A stretch of 64,000 nt of DNA, taken from assembly GCA_018654845.1 (NCBI GenBank), contig JABIKU010000025.1, forward strand, positions 36,437 through 100,436, in the 5' to 3' direction. Shown piece after piece: positions 56,601-64,000 of the stretch. Source of the stretch: Methanobacteriota archaeon. GTDB taxonomy: Archaea; Thermoplasmatota; Poseidoniia; Poseidoniales; Thalassarchaeaceae. Position 1 is the first letter of the stretch, and each line of letters opens with the position of its first letter. The notes under the pieces are model-generated. The model was not told where the DNA came from and did no database searches. It was given only the letters and a program-made list of their open reading frames with translations. The position numbers and the translations under genes were made by a program.

Positions 56601-58556
56601 GTTTACTCGCTCGATAGCGATGTAAACATCAAATGCAGAATTATGTGAAGTCGCGTTCGTGTTCGCGTCATCATATGAACCAGAATTGTTGGATGAAGCG
56701 ATTATACCTAAACTTGAATTGTATAGGATAAGGTCAACTTCAGCTGCGCTGAAAGTTGAAAGATTTACTGAAAGTCCGGAACTCTTCGGGACTGTAATCT
56801 TGTAATAATCGAATAAATCTGAATCCATAGCGATGGTAGCAGAATAATCAGCACTCATCGGGGAAAGGTTGGTTGAGTTTCCATAATCATCACCGGATTC
56901 ACCACTGAATCTTGGGACATAATTCCCTGCAGTTGCATTCGTGCAAGAAGTCTGTCCCACATCTGTTTGGTAACTTCCCTGAGCACATTGATACTGTATC
57001 TCTGATGCAATCAGATTGACATAATGTCCTGCTGAAGCTGAGTTACAAGTCGGCTGGCCGGCTGCATGTTGGAATTCTCCAACATTACACTCTGAGTGAT
57101 AGAGCGCACCGCCTGATGCATAATGCCCGGCGCTTGCCTCAATACAAGTAAGTCGCCCCCACTTCCCATCCTCACAATTCATCCATCTAGCAGGATTGCT
57201 TGGATATGGGTCGTTCGGGCTCGGAATTCCATCCCCATCTGCATCTCCAGTCATATGGACGTCAAGAATGTTGACCGTCCCATCACCATCCATATCTTGA
57301 TCCGAAAATGCTATTGAAGAACCGTTACTGAAATTCATAAGATGAGGCATTGTAAGAGAATCATTTGTACCATCGAATTCACCTGATTGCCTACCCCAAC
57401 AATATATATCGTTTGCAGCATTAATCGCACAGGTTGAATCAGTTCCAACCGCGATTGCAATTAGAGAATTAACAGAACCTGCTCCAGTCATGTTTACCTC
57501 GAGTGGAGTATTGCCGTTCGAGCCAGTACATCCACTTCCTACGATAACTGAAGAACATTCACCATTACCGAATTGCCCGTAGGTATTCACTCCCCAACAA
57601 TTCGCTGAGCCGTTGTCGAGAATTGCGCAAGTATGGGAATTAATTCCATCGATAGCAACAGCTGTTCGCCCACTAGCGAGTGCGATTTGTACTGAACCTG
57701 CGCTAACTGCTCCATTGACAGAAAATACTGTGTAGGCCTGACCCCAGCAACTAATCGAAGCGTTATCGAAAATTGCGCAAACACTGTATCCAGGAGTCGT
57801 GATTGCTGCCGCGTTCAGTCCAGTCGAATGATTGGTGACTACCGGTGAGTTAGAATCAGTCGTAGTTCCGTCAGCGAGAATACCATATGAGTTATCTCCC
57901 CAGCACGAAACTTCTCCAGTATTCAACAGAGCACAGGTAAAATCTCGACCGGCTGAAATCGCCACTGCAGTCTTATTTGTTCCGAGATTAATAGCCACCG
58001 GTGAATTCCTATTGATATTCGTCCCATCACCGATTTGCCCCTTGTTGTTTCGACCCCAACAATTGACCGAACCGTCATCAAGAATCGCACAATAATGAGT
58101 CGTACCATCGCTGAGTGCCGCTGGAATTTTACCACCAAAATCAACATATCCACTCAAAAGTTGGTTATTACCAATACCGAGTTGTCCGTAATTATTCAAT
58201 CCACTACAAAATAGTGAAAAATTTGCTAATAGAGAACAATCACCAGCGATTGAAAGCACAGAACCTGCTGTCGAAACTGCACTTGCCGAACTAAATTCGA
58301 CCGTGCTACCATTGCTCATAATCAGTTTTGGAGAGTCAGAACCAAGTTCGAAAACAGAATTGCTGAAAACCTGTCCGTGAGCCGAGCCGGGTTCGTGAAT
58401 TGTAGTTGAATCGACATGAGTGAGCAATTTTTCATTGTCATTTTGAAGTTCCGTTTGAGAGAAATCAGAGGAAATTAATCCCAGAAGGGGTATTCCCAAA
58501 AATAGTAAGCAAATAGACAGCGCTACGATTCGTCCTCTCGAATTGGAATCAGACAT
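53664..58556 (-). CDS. Giant surface protein (1630 aa): signal, RCC1 repeats, Cys-rich repeats, PPC-like domain, TSP3-like repeats, TM helix, acidic cytoplasmic tail
   Basis: IVALSICLLFLGIPLLGL signal/anchor. LFCSGLNNYGQLGIGN, VNCWGRNNKGQIGDG, VSCWGDNSYGILADG, ANCWGVNTYGQFGNG. About 19 C-x2-GTYQP-x2-GQ-x2-C units. DTDGDGIGNNADTDDDGDGWSD repeats. TM IMAGIAALVVIGAAVVFGL. Paralogous to 4214..7540. Confidence 0.85.
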   Translation of the reverse strand: MSDSNSRGRIVALSICLLFLGIPLLGLISSDFSQTELQNDNEKLLTHVDSTTIHEPGSAHGQVFSNSVFELGSDSPKLIMSNGSTVEFSSASAVSTAGSVLSIAGDCSLLANFSLFCSGLNNYGQLGIGNNQLLSGYVDFGGKIPAALSDGTTHYCAILDDGSVNCWGRNNKGQIGDGTNINRNSPVAINLGTNKTAVAISAGRDFTCALLNTGEVSCWGDNSYGILADGTTTDSNSPVVTNHSTGLNAAAITTPGYSVCAIFDNASISCWGQAYTVFSVNGAVSAGSVQIALASGRTAVAIDGINSHTCAILDNGSANCWGVNTYGQFGNGECSSVIVGSGCTGSNGNTPLEVNMTGAGSVNSLIAIAVGTDSTCAINAANDIYCWGRQSGEFDGTNDSLTMPHLMNFSNGSSIAFSDQDMDGDGTVNILDVHMTGDADGDGIPSPNDPYPSNPARWMNCEDGKWGRLTCIEASAGHYASGGALYHSECNVGEFQHAAGQPTCNSASAGHYVNLIASEIQYQCAQGSYQTDVGQTSCTNATAGNYVPRFSGESGDDYGNSTNLSPMSADYSATIAMDSDLFDYYKITVPKSSGLSVNLSTFSAAEVDLILYNSSLGIIASSNNSGSYDDANTNATSHNSAFDVYIAIERVNGTGAYSFKIWLFNIADGTLIGDPDYSLDVEISARQIECSTGTYQPNSGSDSCDLADPGYYVAGVGSTSQTACSAGTYQPQYGQISCVTASLGYFVPAAASSYQTPANAGYYVALLGATSETPCSAGTYQPLTGQYFCNDADAGYYVASSGSDSQLACDLGTYQPNTGQTYCLNAAAGYHVPTTAATSQTACVPGTYQPSGGQANCLYASPGFFSAGNASTTQTPCSAGTYQPNTGQTRCLNTDAGYYVDINASATQFACDLGTYQPITGSIDCLIADPGHYVGVTGSPSQTPCAAGTYNPNSGSISSSDCIAASTGHYVPNSGSDTELECGIGTYTDQTGQSTCTDADAGNYVDSTAAESQTECAVGTYQPQAAQAGCYYADPGNFVPSPGSAIQTECSLGTYNPMSGSSLSSDCLQAMAGHFVANSGSADQTECGLGTYQPVIGQSSCIDSPAGTYISTTGQSGYIECPVGRYQPAQGATECMNSEPGNYVATTMAAAQIECVSGTYQPNYQATDCIEADAGYYVASDGSASQTINPLDFYTNSNGSTYLTNCPNFYITLELGADSIDDCVLDTDGDRTTDENDPDDDGDGRLDIIDDCSPGLTGWISNVDTDADGDGCQDEGEDSDDDNDGVEDTDDPFPQDNLEWEDTDGDGIGNNADTDDDGDGWSDTTEAICETDSELIGDVPIDTDEDGICDKSDTDDDNDGYSDISDWAKLDAMEWVDTDGDGIGNNADTDDDDDGWSDEKEIAEGTNPLFADSDNDGVLDPEDAFPNDISETLDDDGDGVGNNQDSHPDNARYQTTFDLLIDIMAGIAALVVIGAAVVFGLRQKSEDSEEDSTPESQGHVGVGVGELEPMEMAGVSTISDSATDAGFSDDDVASEADPILQYTPEPELEPDSEPEPTQELDVGNMTGLDDLLSELPAPPKSVIAPPAGTPINAHGQQVWKDETGQVWCMNMDGTILKHDAATGGWITYHN
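54200..54900 (-). repeat. Thrombospondin type-3-like Asp-rich calcium-binding repeats (coding; approximate bounds), including an internal ~200-nt duplication
   Basis: LEWEDTDGDGIGNNADTDDDGDGWSD and MEWVDTDGDGIGNNADTDDDDDGWSD, plus DSDNDGVLDPED and DDDGDGVGNNQD. Confidence 0.7.
54990..56505 (-). repeat. Tandem array of ~16 two-cysteine ~32-aa repeats (coding; approximate bounds); three more units near 56905-57185
   Basis: CSTGTYQPNSGSDSCDLADPGYYVAGVGSTSQTA, CSAGTYQPQYGQISCVTASLGYFV..., CDLGTYQPNTGQTYCLNAAAGYHV..., and so on. Confidence 0.75.
57370..58215 (-). repeat. RCC1-like blade repeats (coding; approximate bounds)
   Basis: See the motifs listed for the parent CDS. Confidence 0.75.
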
Positions 58557-58615
58557 TATCCGTGAGCGAGGAAGTTGAGGCTATGACTATTCCCCTTCAC
58601 TGGCCGGTGTCTGCA

Positions 58616-60394
58616 TCAAATTGAGAACACTTGTTTTGCCGCCTCAGGTGTTTGGAGGCCTGCTGCCTGAAAGGCAGACTCGACTGAATCGAACGGAATA
58701 TCGGATTTTCTAGAGGCTTTTGCTCTTGTACTGACAATACGCCAAGCCGCCTTCTTCCCAATGCCCGGAACTGCCTCCAATTGGGACTGAGTCGCCTTGT
58801 TTATCGAAAGATTAGCTTCAACTCCAGAGATGCTTCTGGCCCCATACCCTGTAACGATAATATCAGAGCCAGTCTCTAGTGGAACGATATATGGCAATCC
58901 GACAAGGATTGGGTAGGCTCCAATTTGACGGCCGAAGGTGATTCCGGCCTTACCACGGATTGCTTCTGCTCGGTAACTTGGATTGAGAACCTGTTCCGGC
59001 CGACGAATACGATTCTCGTGAGCTTCCCACCATACATCAGAAAGTTTGGTGCCGAGAGGGAACATTTCTTGGAGTAAAACTGTGTCGATTTCTTCTCTAA
59101 CGGTTTTTTTAAAAGAACGAAATGGTTCTTCAGAAATATCTTGAAATCCGCGACCTTCAACCTGCCTGATATTGATCCTGCGCAACCAAAGTCCTTGGCT
59201 GCGCAGGTTGCGCAATAATTCGAGATTCATTTGGTAGGAATTGTCGGTTTCACCATTGAGACCGGCGATGAAGTTGAGCCCGGGTAGGAGTTTTGGAAGG
59301 CCACGTTCACCACGATCTTTACCAAATTCATTGATGTGGCGAATGGCAGTAATAAGTTGCTCAGCATCACAATTTAACCAATTCATTTCATGGACGGTTG
59401 GGTCTGCAGATTCAAGACCAAAAGAGAGTACTGCACCGTCGCTTAGAGTTTCCACCATGGTTTTTGTAATCTCAGTAGATGGTTCGAGATTCTCGGCTAC
59501 GATAGAGGGATTGCCATTGTCCACATGGAAAATTTTGAGACGGTCATCATCACGAGCACCATGTAGAATTTTGGCGATGGGCTCAGGATTCGGAATCGGA
59601 TATTCTAGATCGCTTACCCCTTCGGCTTTGTAGGTGTAAATATCGGTCGCACCACCGATTCGGATATGATGGACACCACTATCGAGTGCGGCCGTAATTT
59701 CTGACAAAATCTCTGTTTCTTCGCGCCATAGTGGTAAGCCTTTTTTTGGCTCGATACAAAACTTGCAACCGCGCTTGAACCTAACACATCCTTGATACAA
59801 TTCCAGTTCGTAAGTCAATGGGCCTGCACGCCCATCTTCAGTCAATAAATCCGGATGGGAGGTTACAGCTTTTGAGCGCGCACCTGCAAGCGCCCATTCG
59901 GACCATTGCTCTGCAGTACGCTTACTATGAGACCACTCGCCAGTCGAGAGATAATGGTCTAGTGAAGCATCGACATCGTTTACTGCACAGAATAATTTTG
60001 AACGAAGAGGAGTCCAACCATCATAACGCCAATGTTTGATTGCCCAACCACCACAAAGCACTGGTTGTTCATATGGAAATACCGCCAGAAATTTGTCTAA
60101 CTCTCCACGCGATATTGGAGTTCCACGAACATACTTCCCCGGCACGATTGCCCCTGCCAAAACAATAGCACCATCGAGTTCGCTCAACTCACGTTTGATT
60201 TGGGCTCGTCCTTCAATATCTTCGAGACGTTTTTTGTGACTCAAACGCCATTGATCTATCGTCATGTAAGTGTAAGGAATCCCTCTCGCTTCGAGCACAC
60301 CACAGATGTATCTAATGTGAAAACCGACATAATTTGGTACACCAAATGCGGCGGGTTCATCCTCGTATCCATCGAGTACAAGCCAACCTTCCAT
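58616..60394 (-). CDS. Radical SAM-like Fe-S enzyme with C-terminal helix-hairpin-helix (COG1031-like)
   Basis: MEGWLVLDGYEDEPAAFGVPNYVG. YQGCVRFKRGCKFC (C-x6-C-x2-C). C-terminal LEAVPGIGKKAAWRIVSTR (HhH). ATG at 60394. Confidence 0.6.
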   Translation of the reverse strand: MEGWLVLDGYEDEPAAFGVPNYVGFHIRYICGVLEARGIPYTYMTIDQWRLSHKKRLEDIEGRAQIKRELSELDGAIVLAGAIVPGKYVRGTPISRGELDKFLAVFPYEQPVLCGGWAIKHWRYDGWTPLRSKLFCAVNDVDASLDHYLSTGEWSHSKRTAEQWSEWALAGARSKAVTSHPDLLTEDGRAGPLTYELELYQGCVRFKRGCKFCIEPKKGLPLWREETEILSEITAALDSGVHHIRIGGATDIYTYKAEGVSDLEYPIPNPEPIAKILHGARDDDRLKIFHVDNGNPSIVAENLEPSTEITKTMVETLSDGAVLSFGLESADPTVHEMNWLNCDAEQLITAIRHINEFGKDRGERGLPKLLPGLNFIAGLNGETDNSYQMNLELLRNLRSQGLWLRRINIRQVEGRGFQDISEEPFRSFKKTVREEIDTVLLQEMFPLGTKLSDVWWEAHENRIRRPEQVLNPSYRAEAIRGKAGITFGRQIGAYPILVGLPYIVPLETGSDIIVTGYGARSISGVEANLSINKATQSQLEAVPGIGKKAAWRIVSTRAKASRKSDIPFDSVESAFQAAGLQTPEAAKQVFSI

Positions 60395-60461
60395 TCGTAT
60401 CCCAACCATTCGTGAAGGCGCTCTGCCTTCACGACTTCGCTTCGAACCGTGTCAATTCAAC

Positions 60462-61769
60462 TTAGTTTCGGCGTGGACGACGTCCACCACGGTTTCCGCC
60501 ACGATTTCCATCGCGTTTGCCACCACCGGCATTAGATTCCTGAACACTGAGTTTACGGCCGAAGAATTCAGCACCATCGAGCTTCTTCACAGCCGCAGCA
60601 CCCTCTTTCTTGTTTGGGAAAGAGATGAAAGCAAATCCACGAGATTTACCGGTTTCACGATCTTTGGCTATGTGAACTTCGGTTACTGTACCATGCTCTG
60701 CGAAGACTTTTCTCAAATCGTCTTCACTCGCATCCCAAGATACGCTGCCAACGAAGAGTTTCATCGGCATGTTAGCACCAGATTTCGCTCGTGCGACCTT
60801 CAAAACTTCACGTTCTGCTGCCAATTCTTCCTTGCTCGCTTCACCATCATTGACCTTGTTGAGGCAATCCCTACATCGGATAGGCTTACCAGGAGTTGGC
60901 TTGAACGGAACTTCTGTTTTGGAACTGCACATCGTACAGACCGTCTTGTGCATTTCTCGGCGTGGGCGATCTCCGCCTCCGCCGCGGCCGCCACGACCGC
61001 CGTCCCGACCGCCGCGCATCTTCGCCGCGCTAGCAGGCATTTCATGCTCCAAGCCGCGGCGATGATCTGCTACAACTGAGAGATATGGTCGCGCCCCATC
61101 ATGTCCGAGATTACCCTCAGCAGCTGGAGACCAACGTTCGCCAGGGCGATTCAGTGGCTGAATGTCAACTCCATCAGGAAGAATATGGCCATGACCGAAG
61201 CCATTCGAAAGGACACGGTATCCAGTATAATCACAACGAGGACATTCAACATTGAAATCAGGAGTTTTTTCACTAGTCACAAGAAGTTCGCCACAAGGTG
61301 GACAAATCGCATGCAAGACACCGAGAGTTGGATCGTTTCGAGTGCTCGCTTTCAGCATCGGTTCAAATTGAGTGATTTTAGCACGAACGATGTCTCGTGA
61401 GCGCATCGCATCGCCCGCTGACGGCATATATCGGTCAACAAATTCAGTAACGAAAATATCAGCAAATAATTTCAATGCCGGCACTCCCCTCTCGCCGCCC
61501 TCCTTGTTTTCAATGTGAAGAATTCTGATTTCAGCGGTCTTTGCGTTCAAGCGGTTAACTTGACCGATGACTATATCGCCGATTTTTGGCATATTTGCAG
61601 TCGGACGATTTGATTGAACTGAGATTGTCCCATCATTTTCAACTACTTTTCCAGTAAGTGTCGCTACAACTCCAGAATCAGAGGTGTGAACACCGTCTCC
61701 GACTTCGGCACCGGATGGAATCTCGACTGCTGTGCCGGGCGTCACCAAGTCACCTACTGCTGCACTCAT
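60462..61769 (-). CDS. csl4: Exosome cap protein Csl4 fused to RGG boxes, a second zinc ribbon and a C-terminal RRM
   Basis: Csl4 part: GDIVIGQVNRLNAKTAEIRIL...RDIVRAKITQ...LGVLHAICPPCGELL...VECPRCDY. Then RGGRDGGRGGRGGGGDRPRR. CTMCSSKTEVPFKPTPGKPIRCRDCL. RRM with RNP2 KLFVGSV and RNP1 SRGFAFISF. Terminal GGGKRDGNRGGNRGGRRPRRN. Confidence 0.8.
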   Translation of the reverse strand: MSAAVGDLVTPGTAVEIPSGAEVGDGVHTSDSGVVATLTGKVVENDGTISVQSNRPTANMPKIGDIVIGQVNRLNAKTAEIRILHIENKEGGERGVPALKLFADIFVTEFVDRYMPSAGDAMRSRDIVRAKITQFEPMLKASTRNDPTLGVLHAICPPCGELLVTSEKTPDFNVECPRCDYTGYRVLSNGFGHGHILPDGVDIQPLNRPGERWSPAAEGNLGHDGARPYLSVVADHRRGLEHEMPASAAKMRGGRDGGRGGRGGGGDRPRREMHKTVCTMCSSKTEVPFKPTPGKPIRCRDCLNKVNDGEASKEELAAEREVLKVARAKSGANMPMKLFVGSVSWDASEDDLRKVFAEHGTVTEVHIAKDRETGKSRGFAFISFPNKKEGAAAVKKLDGAEFFGRKLSVQESNAGGGKRDGNRGGNRGGRRPRRN

Positions 61770-61878
61770 TGACCGCGCGACCGACCAACCCCCTATGAAC
61801 GCGACGGAATCGATGAGCCATAGGCTCAGTTTGGCTAAAGGTGATTAAAGCAATATAAATCAATATTATATTTAGGCC

Positions 61879-62493
61879 TTAATTTCTTGAAATCCGCCAA
61901 AATCCAACCCGTGTTTTATCGCGCTGACGGCTATGATGAGCGTACTTCGCAGGTAGTGCAAAATCTGCCTCCCCGTATTTTTCTGCTCTCCATCCAGCGT
62001 CGGTGAAGAAGGGTTCGATATGAACGGCATTTGCACTATGCAGAAGGTGAGCAGTTTTGCCGCTGGCGACAATTGATTGTAAGAATGGACGATCTGCTTT
62101 TGGAATCTGTTTGCCCCAAGGTGGATTTGTAATAATCAAATCAACACCATCGAGATATTGTTCACCATCGCCTACACTGGATTGTATTACCTCGCCAACA
62201 TCTTCGAAACCTTGATTCTTCAAATTCAATTTTGTGACATTGCAAGCCTGTTCATCACTCTCAACAAATATTGTTTTACTGGCACCGAGTGCCAATGCAC
62301 CAATTCCTAATATACCGTTCCCAGCGCCCAAATCGGCGATGACACAACCATCTGGAAGGTCGCCGAAAGCGACGATATCAGTCAGCCATCTTGCAGCTAG
62401 ATTTCCATCCGTGCTATACTGTTCCAACTCGACATCTAAGCAAGGATGAGGTTCTAATTTCGATAACAACATCGCTAACTTTCTGATGCGCAC
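61879..62493 (-). CDS. METTL5-like N6-adenine RNA methyltransferase
   Basis: VELEQYSTDGNLAA. IADLGAGNGILGIGALALGA (motif I). IITNPPWG (NPPF/W motif IV). DFALPAKYAHH. Collinear with human METTL5 as I recall it. Confidence 0.72.
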   Translation of the reverse strand: MRIRKLAMLLSKLEPHPCLDVELEQYSTDGNLAARWLTDIVAFGDLPDGCVIADLGAGNGILGIGALALGASKTIFVESDEQACNVTKLNLKNQGFEDVGEVIQSSVGDGEQYLDGVDLIITNPPWGKQIPKADRPFLQSIVASGKTAHLLHSANAVHIEPFFTDAGWRAEKYGEADFALPAKYAHHSRQRDKTRVGFWRISRN

Positions 62494-62529
62494 AGTTTGC
62501 CGAAACGACGATTGCGTTTGAATTGCTAC

Positions 62530-63678
62530 TCATTTTTTTGACATTTCTAGTCTACTTTGCTCACTTTCAAGAATTGTATTTGAATCGTGAAGAATTCCTT
62601 CAACAAGCAAAAGTTCAGCTAACAAGACACTATACCCGGCTGCACCACGAATCGTGTTGTCTGCAACGACGGTGTAAAGCAGAGAATTACCGATAACCTC
62701 GACTTCTCCCACCGCGACCGACATTGCTGCGAGCGAGTCTATTGAGGGGCATTTTGTATCGCTACCTACCCATCGATGTTCATCGATGTTCAACTTTCCA
62801 TCAACGAAAATAATAGGCTTATTTGGCGAGGAAGGTAATTCAAGTTCTTGAGTTCTAGAAGCGTATCGACGCCAAACTCGGATAATCTCGTGTGCACTAA
62901 TCTCTTCCAAAAATTTCACCTCTACTCTAGCTAAATGACCATGGTCTCGAACCACTCTATTGCACTTTGCTGAAACACTAAATTCGGCCGGTAAAATCCG
63001 GCCGTGAAGATTGGTACCTAATATTCGGCGAAGTTCTTTTTCTACGCTTTCTGCTTCGCCGGGAATTTCTGATGAAATCGGTTCACCCATGCGGCCTTTT
63101 GCAAGTAATTTGCGGCCGCCACCAGATAGAGCCTGATCGGTTGTAATATGGATTGACTCAATCGGAAAATTCCTGTGTAATGGCTCAACTGTAAGGGCTA
63201 AGGGAACGACGGTACAATTCGAACATGAAATTAATTTTCCATCCGCGTAGTCTTGCGATTTCAGCAGAGAAAGATGACTTGGATTTACATCAGGAATAAC
63301 TAGTGGCACATGATTTTCCAGACGGTGTAAAAGTGCGTGACTGATGACAATAAATCCTGCAGATGCTAATTTTTCTTCGACCAATTCAGCTACATTATCA
63401 GGCAAGGCTGAAAATATTATTTGTACTCCCTCTTCATGTAATTCTTCAATGAGATTTTCAACATCAACAAGGCCTTTAACAACCATATCAGGAAGTTCTG
63501 GCCGCTCTTCATCGAGATACCATTCTTGTTCACGTAAATTCATCCCAACTGTCGAAGGTGAACCAACGACTGCAACGGGGTTTAACCAACTATGATTGAG
63601 CAAGCGTTGAAGCAAACGTTGAGCGACTAAACCACGCGAACCGAGAATAGCGCAATGCACCCTGCCGTATGTTTCCAC
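62530..63678 (-). CDS. asd: Aspartate-semialdehyde dehydrogenase family protein
   Basis: VHCAILGSRGLVAQRLL (Rossmann). ISCSNCTVVPL (active Cys). VVRDHGHLARVEV (GH). IRGAAG. The start is set at GTG 63678 (alternative 63660). The track ORF's 5' extension to 63984 overlaps the divergent rmuC-like gene. Confidence 0.7.
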   Translation of the reverse strand: METYGRVHCAILGSRGLVAQRLLQRLLNHSWLNPVAVVGSPSTVGMNLREQEWYLDEERPELPDMVVKGLVDVENLIEELHEEGVQIIFSALPDNVAELVEEKLASAGFIVISHALLHRLENHVPLVIPDVNPSHLSLLKSQDYADGKLISCSNCTVVPLALTVEPLHRNFPIESIHITTDQALSGGGRKLLAKGRMGEPISSEIPGEAESVEKELRRILGTNLHGRILPAEFSVSAKCNRVVRDHGHLARVEVKFLEEISAHEIIRVWRRYASRTQELELPSSPNKPIIFVDGKLNIDEHRWVGSDTKCPSIDSLAAMSVAVGEVEVIGNSLLYTVVADNTIRGAAGYSVLLAELLLVEGILHDSNTILESEQSRLEMSKK

Positions 63679-63785
63679 ATCGATAGTAATGGGCTTGCCT
63701 ATGTAATTGAAACGGTGCGTCGAAGAAGAAAAAAATTGAATCCGCTCTGAAGAGTTCAAGAACCCCCGTGGTTTATTGATGTACG

Positions 63786-64000
63786 ATGCAGTTTGAATTC
63801 GTCTACCTCGTGATAGGAATCGCCGCCGGAATAGCAATTGGTTGGTTACTAATGAAACAAAAAACATCTGGAGAATTGAGTGAGACAAAATTAGACCTCT
63901 CACGTGCCCAGACATTGTTAGAAGCGCGAGGAGACGAAGATAAGAGAATTTCAGAAATGATTGATGCTGAAAGAAAAACTGCAAATGACTTCCTAAAATC
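63786..64000 (+). CDS. rmuC: RmuC-like DNA recombination protein, N-terminal fragment (runs off the right edge)
   Basis: ATG at 63786. My translation is MQFEFVYLVIGIAAGIAIGWLLMKQKTSGELSETKLDLSRAQTLLEARGDEDKRISEMIDAERKTANDFLK. It has an N-terminal TM helix followed by a coiled coil, as in RmuC. Only 71 codons are visible. Confidence 0.45.
   Translation, partial: MQFEFVYLVIGIAAGIAIGWLLMKQKTSGELSETKLDLSRAQTLLEARGDEDKRISEMIDAERKTANDFLK

Noticed and set aside
62530-63678. Atypical dinucleotide-binding motif GSRGLVA in the Asd-family protein as a sign of altered function
   Set aside because: GxxGxxA is an accepted NADP-type Rossmann variant, and the catalytic Cys and His contexts are intact. This is not enough to claim neofunctionalisation.
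63679-63984. N-terminal ~100-aa extension of the asd-family ORF (MQFFFQHQSFLKFSYLRLL...)
   Set aside because: The extension lacks Asd homology and covers the divergent rmuC-like start at 63786. The Rossmann motif begins right after GTG 63678/63660.

Overview
The window looks like a chromosomal segment of a planktonic marine archaeon. The marine, Marine Group II/Poseidoniales-like placement is inference from gene content only. Archaeal markers are eL37, eL42 (L44e), eS27, aIF2-alpha, Nop10, a PAC2 chaperone, membrane LonB, Csl4, archaeal-type TyrRS and AspRS, TrmI, UPF0147 and a METTL5-like methylase. Heterotrophic metabolism genes are GcdH, EtfBA, P5C dehydrogenase with an SSS symporter, PurF, PurA, SerC, DeoC and PdxT. 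I call about 61 protein genes and one tRNA-Ser(CGA). I saw no rRNA, CRISPR array, transposase or integrase. Four items are missing from or masked in the supplied ORF track: tyrS (runs off the left edge), a 56-aa eS27 gene, an rmuC-like gene (runs off the right edge), and the tRNA hidden under ORF 18241..18582. Most of the window is ordinary housekeeping. The items I consider most worth a second look are these. (1) A tightly coupled six-gene operon of formyltransferase-fold, SDR, luciferase-like monooxygenase, asparaginase-II-fold, ALDH with a CCxSGCxxC N-terminal knuckle, and KAS III (46.2-52.8 kb); I cannot map it to a known pathway. (2) A Csl4 exosome-cap protein fused to RGG boxes, a second zinc ribbon and a canonical RRM. 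(3) A Cas4/RecB-like 4Fe-4S nuclease fused to an OB-fold-like C-terminal region, downstream of a pdxT / radical-SAM pair. (4) Two paralogous giant surface proteins built from RCC1 repeats, long arrays of a ~32-aa two-cysteine repeat and thrombospondin type-3-like repeats. (5) A ~225-nt intergenic element with several complementary helices, a candidate ncRNA. (6) A NiSOD sodN-sodX pair and bacterial-type lipid genes in an archaeal background. All family assignments come from motifs I read in the translations. No database search was run.
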